From an uncultured Candidatus Sumerlaeota bacterium (GTDB lineage: Bacteria; CAYMEV01), in the NCBI GenBank assembly GCA_964389675.1, contig CAYMEV010000002.1:186001-250000 (forward strand): 64,000 nucleotides of DNA. The letters are read 5' to 3'. Positions within the stretch are counted from its first letter, which is position 1. Each line of letters begins with the position of its first letter. Both the position numbers and the translations under genes were made by a program. Below the pieces are notes generated by a model that saw only the letters and a program-made list of their open reading frames with translations, did no database searches and was not told the origin of the DNA. Positions 40,797 to 51,206 of this stretch are shown one piece after another.

Positions 40797-42155
40797 TTAT
40801 CCCTTTTCTTTTTCTATTGTTTCTTTGCTTAAATACTGCTTATAATCTGCGCATAGATAAAATGAGCCTGTGATGATTATCAGGCAATCCCGGCACAGGT
40901 CCCTCTCATGCAGATATTCATAAGCCTCAGGCGGATTGTCCTTAAAGATATAACTGAACAAATCGCTCTTCAGTACTCCGCTTGATTTAAAGTCATATGC
41001 CCTCTCAGATTCAGGTTTTTGGAAAATAGTTAAAAATGGGTTAAAATCCAATATTACCTTAATCATTCCTTCAATATCCTTGTCTTTCAGACAGCCGAAT
41101 ATGAGTATCTTCTTCCTGGATGGCCATATGCGCTCTATATTATCAAAAAGGCTTTGCAGGGAAGCTTTATTATGTGCAGCATCAAGCAGAAAATAAGAGC
41201 ATCCCTTCTGGATTAATTCAAACCTGCATGCTGTATTGAAGTCCTTTAAGCAGAATCGGTTTTGCTCTATTATCTTTTCATCGATAAAGGATGCTACAGC
41301 AAATGCAAGGGAAAGGTTCTCGAGATGAAAATCAGGGTAATGCCTGCAGGGTTTAAGTGCTTTGTAATGGTCATTATTATAAAAAAACCTGATGCATTTG
41401 CTTGAGTGCTCATAGTAGAAGCTTCTGCCATAATGTTCTGGCCGGAAATCCTTAAGGATGTCCTTATAGGCATCAATATCGAGGTGCTTCTGATGCCCTA
41501 TAAATAAAGGCTGACCTTCTCTGGCTATCTGAAGCTTCTCCAAAAAAATCTGGCCGAGTGTATTGCCGAGAATATTCGTGTGATCAAGGCTTATGGATGT
41601 AATGACCGCTATTCTTTTGTCATTAAGGCAGTTTACAGCATCATACCTGCCGCCTAATCCAATTTCAAATATATCCAGGTCCGTAGCCTTTTCATCAAAA
41701 TGGATCTTTGCCATTATTGTAAGGATCTCAAACGTTGATGGACTAAAAGAGGGGTACTGCTGACTAAAATCCATGAATGAGGATTTTATACTGTTATAAA
41801 GCCTGTCAAATTCACTGTTCGCAATCGGCCTGTTATTGATCTCAATTCTCTCATTGATTTTAAGAATGTGCGGGGAGGTGAACAGGCCTATCCTTTTATA
41901 GCCTTTTCTCAGTATATTATACAGGAACCTGCAGGTTGAACCCTTGCCCTTTGTTCCTGCAACTATGATCAGCGGCTTTTCATTATGGTCAGGTGATATA
42001 AGGTTGAAAAGATTTTTAAGGAGCAGAAACCTTTCTTCAGAAAATCCAAGGTCCTTTATTCCCCTTTTTTCATAATTAGCAAGGCTGTAGAGATCTGAAA
42101 CAGATTCCGGATCAGGATTTGAAGCTGATGATCTTACTGAATTCCTGGTTTTCAT
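40797..42155 (-). CDS. folC: Folylpolyglutamate/dihydrofolate synthase
   Basis: AGTKGKGS, FTSPH, E.GLGGRYDA.N, DH, LDAAHN and TGSFYL motifs; start uncertain (42155-42209). Confidence 0.9.
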   Translation of the reverse strand: MKTRNSVRSSASNPDPESVSDLYSLANYEKRGIKDLGFSEERFLLLKNLFNLISPDHNEKPLIIVAGTKGKGSTCRFLYNILRKGYKRIGLFTSPHILKINERIEINNRPIANSEFDRLYNSIKSSFMDFSQQYPSFSPSTFEILTIMAKIHFDEKATDLDIFEIGLGGRYDAVNCLNDKRIAVITSISLDHTNILGNTLGQIFLEKLQIAREGQPLFIGHQKHLDIDAYKDILKDFRPEHYGRSFYYEHSSKCIRFFYNNDHYKALKPCRHYPDFHLENLSLAFAVASFIDEKIIEQNRFCLKDFNTACRFELIQKGCSYFLLDAAHNKASLQSLFDNIERIWPSRKKILIFGCLKDKDIEGMIKVILDFNPFLTIFQKPESERAYDFKSSGVLKSDLFSYIFKDNPPEAYEYLHERDLCRDCLIIITGSFYLCADYKQYLSKETIEKEKG

Positions 42156-42927
42156 ACAGGTTGACAAGATCCTTATCATTCTCTGCAATGAATTTAAGTG
42201 TAGGATCAAATTTTACAGCATCCTTAAGGGTCTTAAGAGCGTTTTTTGTGTCATTCTCTTTAGCGTAGGCGCATGCCAGGCAATAAAGATTATAGGAATT
42301 ATGAGGCTCAGTCTTTGCAATAGACCTGAAAATCCTCATTGCATCCTTGGTGCTTCCTGTCTGCAGGTAAATAATACCCTCTGTTATCTTGGCTTCTATA
42401 TCTTTGGGGGAAGCATCCGGTTTTTCAAGGTTTGAAATATAATTGTAATAGGATTTTGCTTTGTAGCAGACATCTATTTCAGAACTATAATTGCTGATTA
42501 TTTCGTTAAAAAGCTCCTTAACCGATCTTCTCTGCTGATCAAGAGGTTTTTGCCTGTCTATCTGATGGAATTGCCTGATAGCTTTCTCATAGAGTTCAAC
42601 AGCTTTTGCTCTGTGGGCCATATCAGCTTTTGATCTGACTTCTATATTGGTAATAGCATTTTTAGACCTTTTATCTGGTTTATCTGCCGGCTGTTTGATT
42701 ACGGTTTTTTCATCTTTTGAAGCTTTTGCAGATTTTCCTGATGGTTTCGGAACATTCTTCAACCTGTCATCCGAAGACGCATATGACAGTTTGAGCCTTT
42801 TAAGCTTATTGGTAACTGAGCTTATTGTTATGCCCAGATGTTCTGCCATTTCAGGGACAGTAAGCTTAAAGTGATTTTCTTTTAGGAACTCTACGTCTTC
42901 ATCTGTCCATTTTTTCCTGCTGGCCAA
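42112..42927 (-). CDS. HTH (GcrA-N/Myb-like) plus TPR protein
   Basis: WTDEDVEFLK...AEHLG.T..SV..K.KRL.L N-terminus; C-terminal TPR YCLACAYA...A..D.DL..L. Confidence 0.65.
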   Translation of the reverse strand: MASRKKWTDEDVEFLKENHFKLTVPEMAEHLGITISSVTNKLKRLKLSYASSDDRLKNVPKPSGKSAKASKDEKTVIKQPADKPDKRSKNAITNIEVRSKADMAHRAKAVELYEKAIRQFHQIDRQKPLDQQRRSVKELFNEIISNYSSEIDVCYKAKSYYNYISNLEKPDASPKDIEAKITEGIIYLQTGSTKDAMRIFRSIAKTEPHNSYNLYCLACAYAKENDTKNALKTLKDAVKFDPTLKFIAENDKDLVNLYENQEFSKIISFKS

Positions 42928-43074
42928 TGTTAATCACCTCTTGTTAAATATGTTTTAAAATTTACCTTGTAAAGGTATGAGTATATTATTATTATAAGGC
43001 TTCTTGTCAAGATTAAATTTTTGGTTTATTTTTTTTTTGCAATTTATTAACATTATATATATATAGAATCACTT

Positions 43075-44181
43075 ATGGATGAAATCAGACGTAATACTCT
43101 AATTATGCTCAATCAGGTAATATCCTTTGAAAAAATACAGGCTCTTGTAAATGATGATGATTACTGCAGGAATGTGTATAAATGGATAATTAATTCAGAT
43201 ATTAACCGGCTGAAGAACATAGTAAACCATCCCGAGAAGCATAAAGAGCAGCTGGGATATGAGTTTTTAAGAAAACAGCTGGAATATGCCGGGAATAATG
43301 GTATCAGGATAGTCACATTCTGTGAGGAAGATTACCCTGAGAGGCTCAAGAATATATATCAGCCCCCGCCTGTAATATATATCAGGGGTAAATTTAATTT
43401 AGGAGACTCATTGGCGGTTGTTGGGACAAGGAAGGCTACTCCCTATGGCAGAAATGCAGTCAGGCAGATATTACCAGGACTGATAAGTGAAGCTATAAGT
43501 ATAATAAGCGGTATGGCTTATGGAATAGATTATTATGCTCAAAAAATATGTATTGAATGCGGAGGTTATACAATAGGCGTCCTTGGGACAGGTATTGATA
43601 TTATTTATCCTTCTCAGAACAAAGCCCTCTACGAGATGATTATTGGCCAGGGAAGCTGTCTTTTATCAGAGTTTCCCATAGGATTCAGCCCCACAAAATA
43701 TTCTTTCCTGCAAAGAAACAGGATCATAAGTGGATTAGCAGATGCAGTCCTTGTAGTTGAGAGCAGGGAGAAGGGCGGGGCGCTTTCAACAGCTAATTTT
43801 GCCCTGGAACAGGGCAAAGATGTGTTCAGTGTCCCCGGCTCAATCTTTTCATTACAGTCCGCAGGATGCAATAATCTTATCAAGCAGGGAGCATTTCCTG
43901 TTACAGATCCAGATGATATCCTTTTTGTATTAGGCAAAAAGAATATAGACAGCAGAGCTTTTAAAGAAACATATAAGAAAAATATCAGTATTTCTGAAGA
44001 GGAGAAAAAAATATTGCAATTATTGGACAGAGGATATACAGCTTTTGATATGCTACTTGATAATCTCAGCTTTGAAATAGGGTATCTTTACAATTTATTA
44101 TTTGATCTTGAAAGAAAAGGTTATATAAGAAGAGAAGCAGGGAACAGATATTTCAGAATTCTCTGCAAAGGAGACAGTTGA
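43075..44181 (+). CDS. dprA: DNA-processing protein DprA
   Basis: YPERL, PP, VVGTR, SGMAYGID, RNRIISGL and VPG motifs. Confidence 0.95.
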   Translation: MDEIRRNTLIMLNQVISFEKIQALVNDDDYCRNVYKWIINSDINRLKNIVNHPEKHKEQLGYEFLRKQLEYAGNNGIRIVTFCEEDYPERLKNIYQPPPVIYIRGKFNLGDSLAVVGTRKATPYGRNAVRQILPGLISEAISIISGMAYGIDYYAQKICIECGGYTIGVLGTGIDIIYPSQNKALYEMIIGQGSCLLSEFPIGFSPTKYSFLQRNRIISGLADAVLVVESREKGGALSTANFALEQGKDVFSVPGSIFSLQSAGCNNLIKQGAFPVTDPDDILFVLGKKNIDSRAFKETYKKNISISEEEKKILQLLDRGYTAFDMLLDNLSFEIGYLYNLLFDLERKGYIRREAGNRYFRILCKGDS

Positions 44182-44670
44182 ATGGCTAACAGTGATTTTC
44201 TAAGGCTTCTGGGGCTTATTATTGATAAGCTTTCTGAAGAGAATGAATTTGATATTGATTTTAATGAAGAATTCTTAAAATATCTTGAATCCAACGGTTT
44301 TGAAAATGCAGATATCGACAAGGCATTTAAGCTTATTAAAAGGCTTATGAATATAGGCAGGGAAGAAAAGGAGAGCTTCTTCATATCTGACGATAAGGGC
44401 TACGGCGTCAGGATATATACTCCAGAGGAGGCAATATTATATAATTATGGCGCGTTGAAAAGGCTTTTTCATTTGAAGGAGTTTTATTTTATTGAGGATG
44501 AGATTATTGAAGAGGTAATTGATATTCTGCTTGGCCTTTCAGTTGATGATGAAGTAATAAGCGAGGATTTTATAGATTCACTTCTAAATACTATATTTCT
44601 GGATTATGGTTATTTTGACCGGATAGCTGGTATTGCTTCATGGAAACATAGCCTGAATCTCATACATTAA
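44182..44670 (+). CDS. smg: Smg/DUF494 family protein
   Basis: Located between dprA and topA; GF...DI.KA and RIYT.EE motifs. Confidence 0.7.
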   Translation: MANSDFLRLLGLIIDKLSEENEFDIDFNEEFLKYLESNGFENADIDKAFKLIKRLMNIGREEKESFFISDDKGYGVRIYTPEEAILYNYGALKRLFHLKEFYFIEDEIIEEVIDILLGLSVDDEVISEDFIDSLLNTIFLDYGYFDRIAGIASWKHSLNLIH

Positions 44671-44679
44671 TAAGCCCTT

Positions 44680-47067
44680 ATGTCAAAATTAGTAATTGTA
44701 GAATCACCAAAGAAAGCAAAAACCATAGCAGGTAAACTGGACAGCAGTTTTAAAGTAATATCGACAAAGGGGCATATTAAGGATCTTCCTAAAAAACGTA
44801 TCGGTATAGATGTAAATAATAATTTTGAATGTGAATGGGTAGCAGTCCCTGGCAAGGAAAAGCTGATTAATGAAATAATAAGGAAAGCAAGATCAGCCAC
44901 TCAGGTGCTGTTGGCATCTGACCCTGACAGGGAGGGTGAAGCGATATCCTATCACATATTTGAGATCCTTAAGGAAATAAACCCCAATATAAAGAGAATA
45001 GTCTTTAATGAAATTACCCAGAAAGCAATCATAAATGCCGTCAAATCACCAAGGGATATTGATATTCGCCTTTTTGAATCACAAAAGGCCAGAAGGATAC
45101 TGGACAGGCTTGTCGGATTTCTTTTAAGCCCGCTTCTGATATACTTCTTGAAGAGGAATCTCAGCGCAGGGAGGGTCCAGTCAGTAGCCCTGAAACTGAT
45201 AGTGGACCAGGAAAGGTCCGTTTTAGCATTTATACCGGAAGAATACTGGAGGGTTTTTGGCCTTTTCAGGCATGCCAAAGGGAATATTGAATGTGAGCTG
45301 AAAAAGATAAATGGGAATAAGCCCGTCATTGATACAGCAGAAAAAGCAGAAAGGCTTGTCCAGGAGGTAAAAAATGCCTCTTTCAGCGTAAGCGACATCA
45401 TTCAAAATACAATAAAAAAGACTCCGCCAGAGCCATTTAAGACAAGCACACTCCAGCAGGAAGCGAATATAAGGTTCGGGTTCAGCGGGAAAAGGACAAT
45501 GATGATCGCTCAGGGATTGTACGAGGGCAAGACAATAGGGAAAGAAGAGATCGGCCTCATTACATATATGAGGACTGACTCAGTAAGGGTCTCTGATGAA
45601 GCTAAAAATGAAGCACTGAGGTATATACAGGAAAAGCTCGGGCTGAAGGCTCAAATACATAAGCCAGGCCAGAAAAGCAGGGGAATAAAGATCCAGGATG
45701 CCCATGAGGCAATAAGGCCTTCAGACCCGTACCTGTCACCTGATACAATCAGCAGGTATCTTTCAAGAGACGAATACAGGGTATATGACCTTATATGGAG
45801 AAGGTTCATAGCCTCCTATCTGGATAATGCAGTTTATGACAAGCTCTCTGTATATATCGATGGAGACAAAAAATATATATTTGAAGCTGATTTTTTAAAG
45901 CTGTCAAATGAAGGGTTCTTAAGTATATACAGGCCAGTCAGCATGATTAAGACAGCAGAATCTGTACCAGGCCTGAAGAAAGGTGAAAAAATAGAACTTG
46001 ACAGCATAAGGCCTGAACAGCATTTTACTGAACCTCCAAAAAGGTATACGGAAGCATCTTTGATCAAGGCTCTTGAAAAACAGGGTATCGGAAGGCCCTC
46101 GACCTATGCTACAATTCTTGATACGCTGAAGAAGCGCGAATATATAAAGCTTGATAAAAAGACGATACTCCCTCTTTTTATAGGTTTTTTTGTAAGCAGT
46201 ATTCTTGATGAATATTTCAGCGATATAATCAATGTCCATTTTACTGCTGAGATGGAGGATAAGCTTGACAGGATTGAACAGGGCAAGGTGGACTGGATTG
46301 ATATGATGGGTAATTTTTACCGTCTTTTGCATAAGAGTGTCAACAATGCTAAAAAGGAGCTTCAGAAGGGTATAAGTACGGATATAAAATGCCCTGCCTG
46401 CGGTAAAAACATGGCTATCAGATTCAGCAGCAAGGGGGAATACCTGTCGTGTACAAACTATCCCTACTGCAAAACAAGAAAGAATCTGGGTCATGATGAG
46501 AAATTTAATATTATAATTGAAGAGGAAGGAGATATCAGCAAAAAATGCCCGGAATGCGGGAAAACCCTGGTACTGAAGACGGGAAAATACGGGAAATTTT
46601 ATGGCTGTTCAGGTTTTCCGGAATGCCGTTATACAGAGCCTCTGGAAAAGCCGCCGAAGCACGGATTGTCTCTCGAAATGATCCCTGAATCCTATAGATA
46701 CTGTAAAAAATGCAAAAGCCCTCTTAAGATAGTTGGTGGAAATTTTTCAAATTATATGGTGTGTGAAAATCCTGACTGCAGAGATAAATATCAGGTAAGA
46801 ACAGGAATCAAATGCCCTGATGAGAGCTGTGGCGGAGAACTGATAGAGAAACACAACAAAAAGGAAAAGCCCTATTACGCATGTTCAAACTACCCCAAAT
46901 GCAGAATTACTGTCCCTTATATGCCTGTAGATAAGAAATGCCCGAAATGCGGCTATGGTGTTATGTACAGGAATGAAACAAAGGACAGGATTACTTTCAC
47001 CTGTGCAAATAAAGAATGCAAGCATAGAGAAACTGTCAGGAAAGAGGATAATCCCCCTAATAAATAA
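44680..47067 (+). CDS. topA: DNA topoisomerase I
   Basis: VESP.KAK, DPDREGE, SAGRVQ, ITYMRTDS and GIGRPST motifs; C-terminal Zn ribbons. Confidence 0.97.
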   Translation: MSKLVIVESPKKAKTIAGKLDSSFKVISTKGHIKDLPKKRIGIDVNNNFECEWVAVPGKEKLINEIIRKARSATQVLLASDPDREGEAISYHIFEILKEINPNIKRIVFNEITQKAIINAVKSPRDIDIRLFESQKARRILDRLVGFLLSPLLIYFLKRNLSAGRVQSVALKLIVDQERSVLAFIPEEYWRVFGLFRHAKGNIECELKKINGNKPVIDTAEKAERLVQEVKNASFSVSDIIQNTIKKTPPEPFKTSTLQQEANIRFGFSGKRTMMIAQGLYEGKTIGKEEIGLITYMRTDSVRVSDEAKNEALRYIQEKLGLKAQIHKPGQKSRGIKIQDAHEAIRPSDPYLSPDTISRYLSRDEYRVYDLIWRRFIASYLDNAVYDKLSVYIDGDKKYIFEADFLKLSNEGFLSIYRPVSMIKTAESVPGLKKGEKIELDSIRPEQHFTEPPKRYTEASLIKALEKQGIGRPSTYATILDTLKKREYIKLDKKTILPLFIGFFVSSILDEYFSDIINVHFTAEMEDKLDRIEQGKVDWIDMMGNFYRLLHKSVNNAKKELQKGISTDIKCPACGKNMAIRFSSKGEYLSCTNYPYCKTRKNLGHDEKFNIIIEEEGDISKKCPECGKTLVLKTGKYGKFYGCSGFPECRYTEPLEKPPKHGLSLEMIPESYRYCKKCKSPLKIVGGNFSNYMVCENPDCRDKYQVRTGIKCPDESCGGELIEKHNKKEKPYYACSNYPKCRITVPYMPVDKKCPKCGYGVMYRNETKDRITFTCANKECKHRETVRKEDNPPNK

Positions 47068-48553
47068 TATCAAAATTTCCCTGGTGGAGATTGGGATCTA
47101 ACCGGATAGAAAGATTTGGGTGAGTATTTCCGAATATATCATTAAGTATCATATCCCTGTGTTTGTAAAAATCCTGGGCCAGGTCCGGGTGAATCCTGAT
47201 AGTAAATTCCTGGTTCTTTATCTTTTTCCGGTTCATCGAGAGATCCTTGTGGATCTCAGAAAGAACGGTGATGCTGTTTTTGATAGTCCCTTTCCCCTGG
47301 CAGTAAGGACAGGTTTTTGTAAGCATTTTTTCGAGGCTGATCTTTACCCTCTTTCTTGTCATCTCTATAAGGCCAAGCTTGCTTATCTGTAAAATAGTGG
47401 TTTTAGCCCGGTCTTTCATGAGTTCTGCCTCAAGGGTGGTAAATATCAGCTCTTTATTCTCCTGTTCCTCCATATCGATAAAGTCAATTATTATTATGCC
47501 TCCCAGGTTCCTTAGCCTGATCTGCCTTACGATCTCCTTGCATGCCTCTATATTAGTCTTTACGATAGTCTCCTCCAGGGATTTATTGCCCAGGTATTTG
47601 CCTGTATTTACATCTATTGAGACCAGGGCTTCAGTCTGATCAATAACTATGTAACCCCCTGATTTAAGCCAGACTTTCCTTTTCAATGCCTTGACCAGTT
47701 CGCTGTCAATATTGAACTTGTCAAAGATAGGCTTGTATGAAGAATAAAGCTTTACCCTGTCTGTAAGATGGGGGAAAAATTTATTAACAAAATCCAGAAG
47801 CTCTTCATAGTCATTCTGATTATCCAGTATGAAAGAGGCAATATCGGAGGTAAATACATCCCGTGCAAGCCTCTGGATAATCCCGAGGTCCTTATGCAGA
47901 AGGCAGGGGGCAAGTGATTCCTCATAGCGTGCTTTGACCTCATCCCAAAGCTTATGGAGTATTATCATATCACCTTTCAGGTCTTCTTCATTGTGCCCTT
48001 CACAGGCTGTCCGCAGAATATAGCCGCCCTTATTATCATTTATCCTGTCCATGATCCCCTTTAAGCGTTTCCGTTCACTTTCTGAAGAAATCCTTCTTGA
48101 TATTCCTATATGCTGAATTGTAGGCATATATACTACATACCTTCCTGGAAAGGAAACATGGGAAGTAATCCTGGGCCCCTTTGTGCCTATTGACTCTTTT
48201 ACCACATGTACCAGGATCTCCTGTCCTTCAATAAGCAGGTCATCTATATTTGTATTGAGCTTTTTATCATCGCCGGAGTCTTCTATTTCCTGTTCCTCTT
48301 CTTCTCCAGCCTCAAGGTTTTCAGGAAAATAATGGACATCATCAACATAAAGGAAAGCATCCTTTCCAATCCCGATATCAACAAAGGCTGCCTCCATTCC
48401 TGGAAGAACCCTTGTGACCTTGCCCTTATATATATTGCCTGCCAGCCTTGTCTGGCTCTTCCTCTCAATATAAAGCTCACACAACTGACCATCCTCAAGG
48501 AGAGCCACTTTAGTCTCAAAAGGGTTTGTAGATGCAATAAGTTCTTTATACAT
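47057..48553 (-). CDS. rng: Ribonuclease G (Rne/Rng family)
   Basis: GNIYKGKV..VLPGM.AAFVDIG, IDVNTG, RLRNLGGII.IDFIDM and CPYC motifs. Confidence 0.93.
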   Translation of the reverse strand: MYKELIASTNPFETKVALLEDGQLCELYIERKSQTRLAGNIYKGKVTRVLPGMEAAFVDIGIGKDAFLYVDDVHYFPENLEAGEEEEQEIEDSGDDKKLNTNIDDLLIEGQEILVHVVKESIGTKGPRITSHVSFPGRYVVYMPTIQHIGISRRISSESERKRLKGIMDRINDNKGGYILRTACEGHNEEDLKGDMIILHKLWDEVKARYEESLAPCLLHKDLGIIQRLARDVFTSDIASFILDNQNDYEELLDFVNKFFPHLTDRVKLYSSYKPIFDKFNIDSELVKALKRKVWLKSGGYIVIDQTEALVSIDVNTGKYLGNKSLEETIVKTNIEACKEIVRQIRLRNLGGIIIIDFIDMEEQENKELIFTTLEAELMKDRAKTTILQISKLGLIEMTRKRVKISLEKMLTKTCPYCQGKGTIKNSITVLSEIHKDLSMNRKKIKNQEFTIRIHPDLAQDFYKHRDMILNDIFGNTHPNLSIRLDPNLHQGNFDIIY

Positions 48554-48645
48554 AATATTCTTTTATGGTTTTTATAAATGATTATACATTATCATTTATT
48601 AATTAGTTTCAAATATATTACCAGATAAATCAAATACAGGGATTA

Positions 48646-49566
48646 TTAATCCTGAAAGAGTGAATTGGGTTTTCCTTTTGTATGAACATCACACAGGTAG
48701 AGATAGTACAGATACAGACCGGGGTATTTTCTTACGTAGGCTTCAAGCAGTTTTATGTACCTGTTCATGGCTTTATGAATAAATTCGCTCTTTTTCAGCT
48801 TCCCAGGATCGAGGTTTATTGGTTTTTCAAGATGAATTACAATATTTTTCTCTCCCCTGACCGGAAAGACAGGTATTATTGATGCCCCTGACAAATAAGC
48901 CAGCTTAAAAGGGCCCTCGGAAAAAAAAGCATCACGGCCCAGGAATTCTGTCCTGACAAAGTTCCTTCCATATCTTCCGTCGGCAGCTATTCCCACTGTC
49001 TTTCCAGCACGCAGAAGCTTCAGCGCATTTCTCAAGCCGGATTCGTGATGCAGAAAAGCTGTCCCCGCCCTGCTGAAAAGCCTGTCCTTTATTCTTAGTG
49101 TATTTATCTGCGATCTGTCTGTTATCATGTTTTCACGAATAAGCTCGGTAGGCGGAATTCCTATCTGATGATAGCCCTTTATGCAGGACAGGGATGGTAT
49201 AATCCCTGTATTGGGCCCAAAGTGAGACAGCAGAAGGAGTGTTCCTGAGCCCTGCTCTCCGGTAAGGCCACCACCGCTGAAATATGCTGAACTGATCAGT
49301 GCATCCGGTCTTGAGAAGTAAAATATATCCATTTCATTCAAAATATGTTCTGTTATTGCTCTTTTTGATATATCACCGTCTGAAAAGCAGTTCTCCGATG
49401 CTATCCGGGAAAGGCCCTCCATCTTTTTCCTGAGAAATGGCAGGTAAAGGCTGTTTAGTGAACGGACTGCTTTCCATATAAAAAAAGGCGGGAAAAATGA
49501 TAATACAGGCCTTACTGCTATCCAGAGAAAATAACGAAAAAAGGATTTAATAATTCTTGAAGCCAT
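48646..49566 (-). CDS. Lysophospholipid/lipid A acyltransferase family (LpxL-like)
   Basis: SHFG, G..VGIAAD, FLG..A.F..GP..LA and LE..VR.YP motifs. Confidence 0.7.
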   Translation of the reverse strand: MASRIIKSFFRYFLWIAVRPVLSFFPPFFIWKAVRSLNSLYLPFLRKKMEGLSRIASENCFSDGDISKRAITEHILNEMDIFYFSRPDALISSAYFSGGGLTGEQGSGTLLLLSHFGPNTGIIPSLSCIKGYHQIGIPPTELIRENMITDRSQINTLRIKDRLFSRAGTAFLHHESGLRNALKLLRAGKTVGIAADGRYGRNFVRTEFLGRDAFFSEGPFKLAYLSGASIIPVFPVRGEKNIVIHLEKPINLDPGKLKKSEFIHKAMNRYIKLLEAYVRKYPGLYLYYLYLCDVHTKGKPNSLFQD

Positions 49567-49596
49567 TGCAATTACTATTATAATAAAGTAATAGTT

Positions 49597-50385
49597 ATGT
49601 TTAGCAAAGAAAAGATCAAGTTTTATTTATATGATTCTGTTTCTCCTCTGGGTAAAGCTATTGACATATTCCTGATCCTGGTGAACCTGGCTGCAATTGT
49701 TCATTATATCATCGAGGTTGAAACACAGGATGAAGGGTCTCTTAAGGCCCTTTTCATAATTGAGATAATATTTGTATGTGTTTTTATAATAGAGTATTTA
49801 ACAAGGCTTTATGTAGCTCCTGATAAGATCAGATTCATATTTTCCCTGTATTCCTTTTTTGATATACTCTCTATTATTCCAATTGTCTTTACATTTTATA
49901 AAATCGGCTTTTTGCGAATTCTGAGAGTTTTCAGAATACTGCGTTTTCAGAAGTACCTTGAAAATGAATATTTCTTTTTTGGAAAGATAAAGCCTTTTCA
50001 GCTTCAGATGGTGAGGATACTTTTTATAATACTTACCATTGTATTTGTATCTGCCGGGTTTATTTATGCTGTCGAGGGCAGGGACGGGACAAATACATTA
50101 AAGACCTTTCTTGATGCAGTTTATTTTACTGTGTCCACCGTTACTACAGTAGGTTTTGGTGATTTTACCCCCTCTACCAATACAGGAAAGCTTATAACGA
50201 TCGGAATAATATTCAGCGGTGTCATATTCCTGCCGTATAATGTTGGCAGGCTGATAAAGACCATTATTGAAACAAAAACAGCAGGCAATATCTCGAACGA
50301 ATGCAGTATATGCCACCATATAAATCCTGCAGAAAACAGGACCTGTTCTGTCTGTGGAAATCCTCTGAAAAAAGATGATCTTTAG
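49597..50385 (+). CDS. 6-TM potassium channel with C-terminal Zn ribbon
   Basis: S4 RILRVFRILR, filter TTVGFGD, CxxC...CxxC. Confidence 0.9.
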   Translation: MFSKEKIKFYLYDSVSPLGKAIDIFLILVNLAAIVHYIIEVETQDEGSLKALFIIEIIFVCVFIIEYLTRLYVAPDKIRFIFSLYSFFDILSIIPIVFTFYKIGFLRILRVFRILRFQKYLENEYFFFGKIKPFQLQMVRILFIILTIVFVSAGFIYAVEGRDGTNTLKTFLDAVYFTVSTVTTVGFGDFTPSTNTGKLITIGIIFSGVIFLPYNVGRLIKTIIETKTAGNISNECSICHHINPAENRTCSVCGNPLKKDDL

Positions 50386-51127
50386 GAAAATCGCATTAAT
50401 CCTGATTTTTCTGAGCCTTCTTTCTTTCTATTTTACCAGTATAATGCCATTCATTCTATTTTTATACCTTTTCTTTTTCCTGATATATTTCTATAATATG
50501 ATAAAGATCAACAGCAATGCATTTGGGAAGGTAATATGCAGTATGCCATCCGAGCTGCATAAATCTGCCTATCTAACCTTTGACGATGGCCCTGATGAGG
50601 AAAATACTCCTCAGATACTGGATTTTTTAATGAAAAAAAATGTAAATGCCACCTTTTTCATAACAGGGGAAAATGCAGAAAAAAACAGTCAAACAGTAAG
50701 GGCAATTATCGATCAGGGCCATGCATTAGGCAATCATACATACACCCACAATAATTTTCTGACCCTGTCTTCAAGAGCTAAAATCCGCAGGGAAATTGAA
50801 TCAGCAAACCGCTTTTTTAAGGAGGAGTTTGGGTATTGCTGCAGGATTTTCCGCCCTTGTGCAGGCCTTAAGGACCAGTATATCATGGATGAGGCAAAAA
50901 AACAGGGTATGAGGGTCATAGGCTGGAACAGGAGATCTCTGGACACAGTGTTTAAGGATTATGGAAAGGTATATAAAAGGCTTTCGAAACCGCCTTTGAA
51001 TAATGGTGATATATTACTGTTTCATGACAGCAGAACCAGGCTGAATTTGAATGATAAGATCAGGGTCCTGGAGATGATCATAGATCTTTATCGGACAAAT
51101 GGATTTAGATTTTCCATAATAAAGTGA
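50375..51127 (+). CDS. Polysaccharide deacetylase (CE4)
   Basis: TFDDGP, NHTYTH, FRP and LFHD motifs; N-terminal TMs. Confidence 0.9.
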   Translation: MIFRKIALILIFLSLLSFYFTSIMPFILFLYLFFFLIYFYNMIKINSNAFGKVICSMPSELHKSAYLTFDDGPDEENTPQILDFLMKKNVNATFFITGENAEKNSQTVRAIIDQGHALGNHTYTHNNFLTLSSRAKIRREIESANRFFKEEFGYCCRIFRPCAGLKDQYIMDEAKKQGMRVIGWNRRSLDTVFKDYGKVYKRLSKPPLNNGDILLFHDSRTRLNLNDKIRVLEMIIDLYRTNGFRFSIIK

Positions 51128-51150
51128 TTGCCTGAAAGGCAGTCCTGGAA

Positions 51151-51187
51151 ATAAAAAAAGCCGCAACCATGATCAGGTTGCGGCTTT
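51151..51187 (-). terminator. Rho-independent (possibly bidirectional) terminator for 51207-51821
   Basis: AAAGCCGCAACC/GGTTGCGGCTTT stem, U-tract on minus strand; second hairpin at 51126-51144. Confidence 0.85.
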
Positions 51188-51206
51188 AACGGATTGAATA
51201 TACTAG

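Noticed and set aside
48646-51127. Acyltransferase plus deacetylase as an aryl-polyene/lipid biosynthetic cluster
   Set aside because: No ketosynthase or ACP genes; the genes are divergent and separated by a K+ channel.
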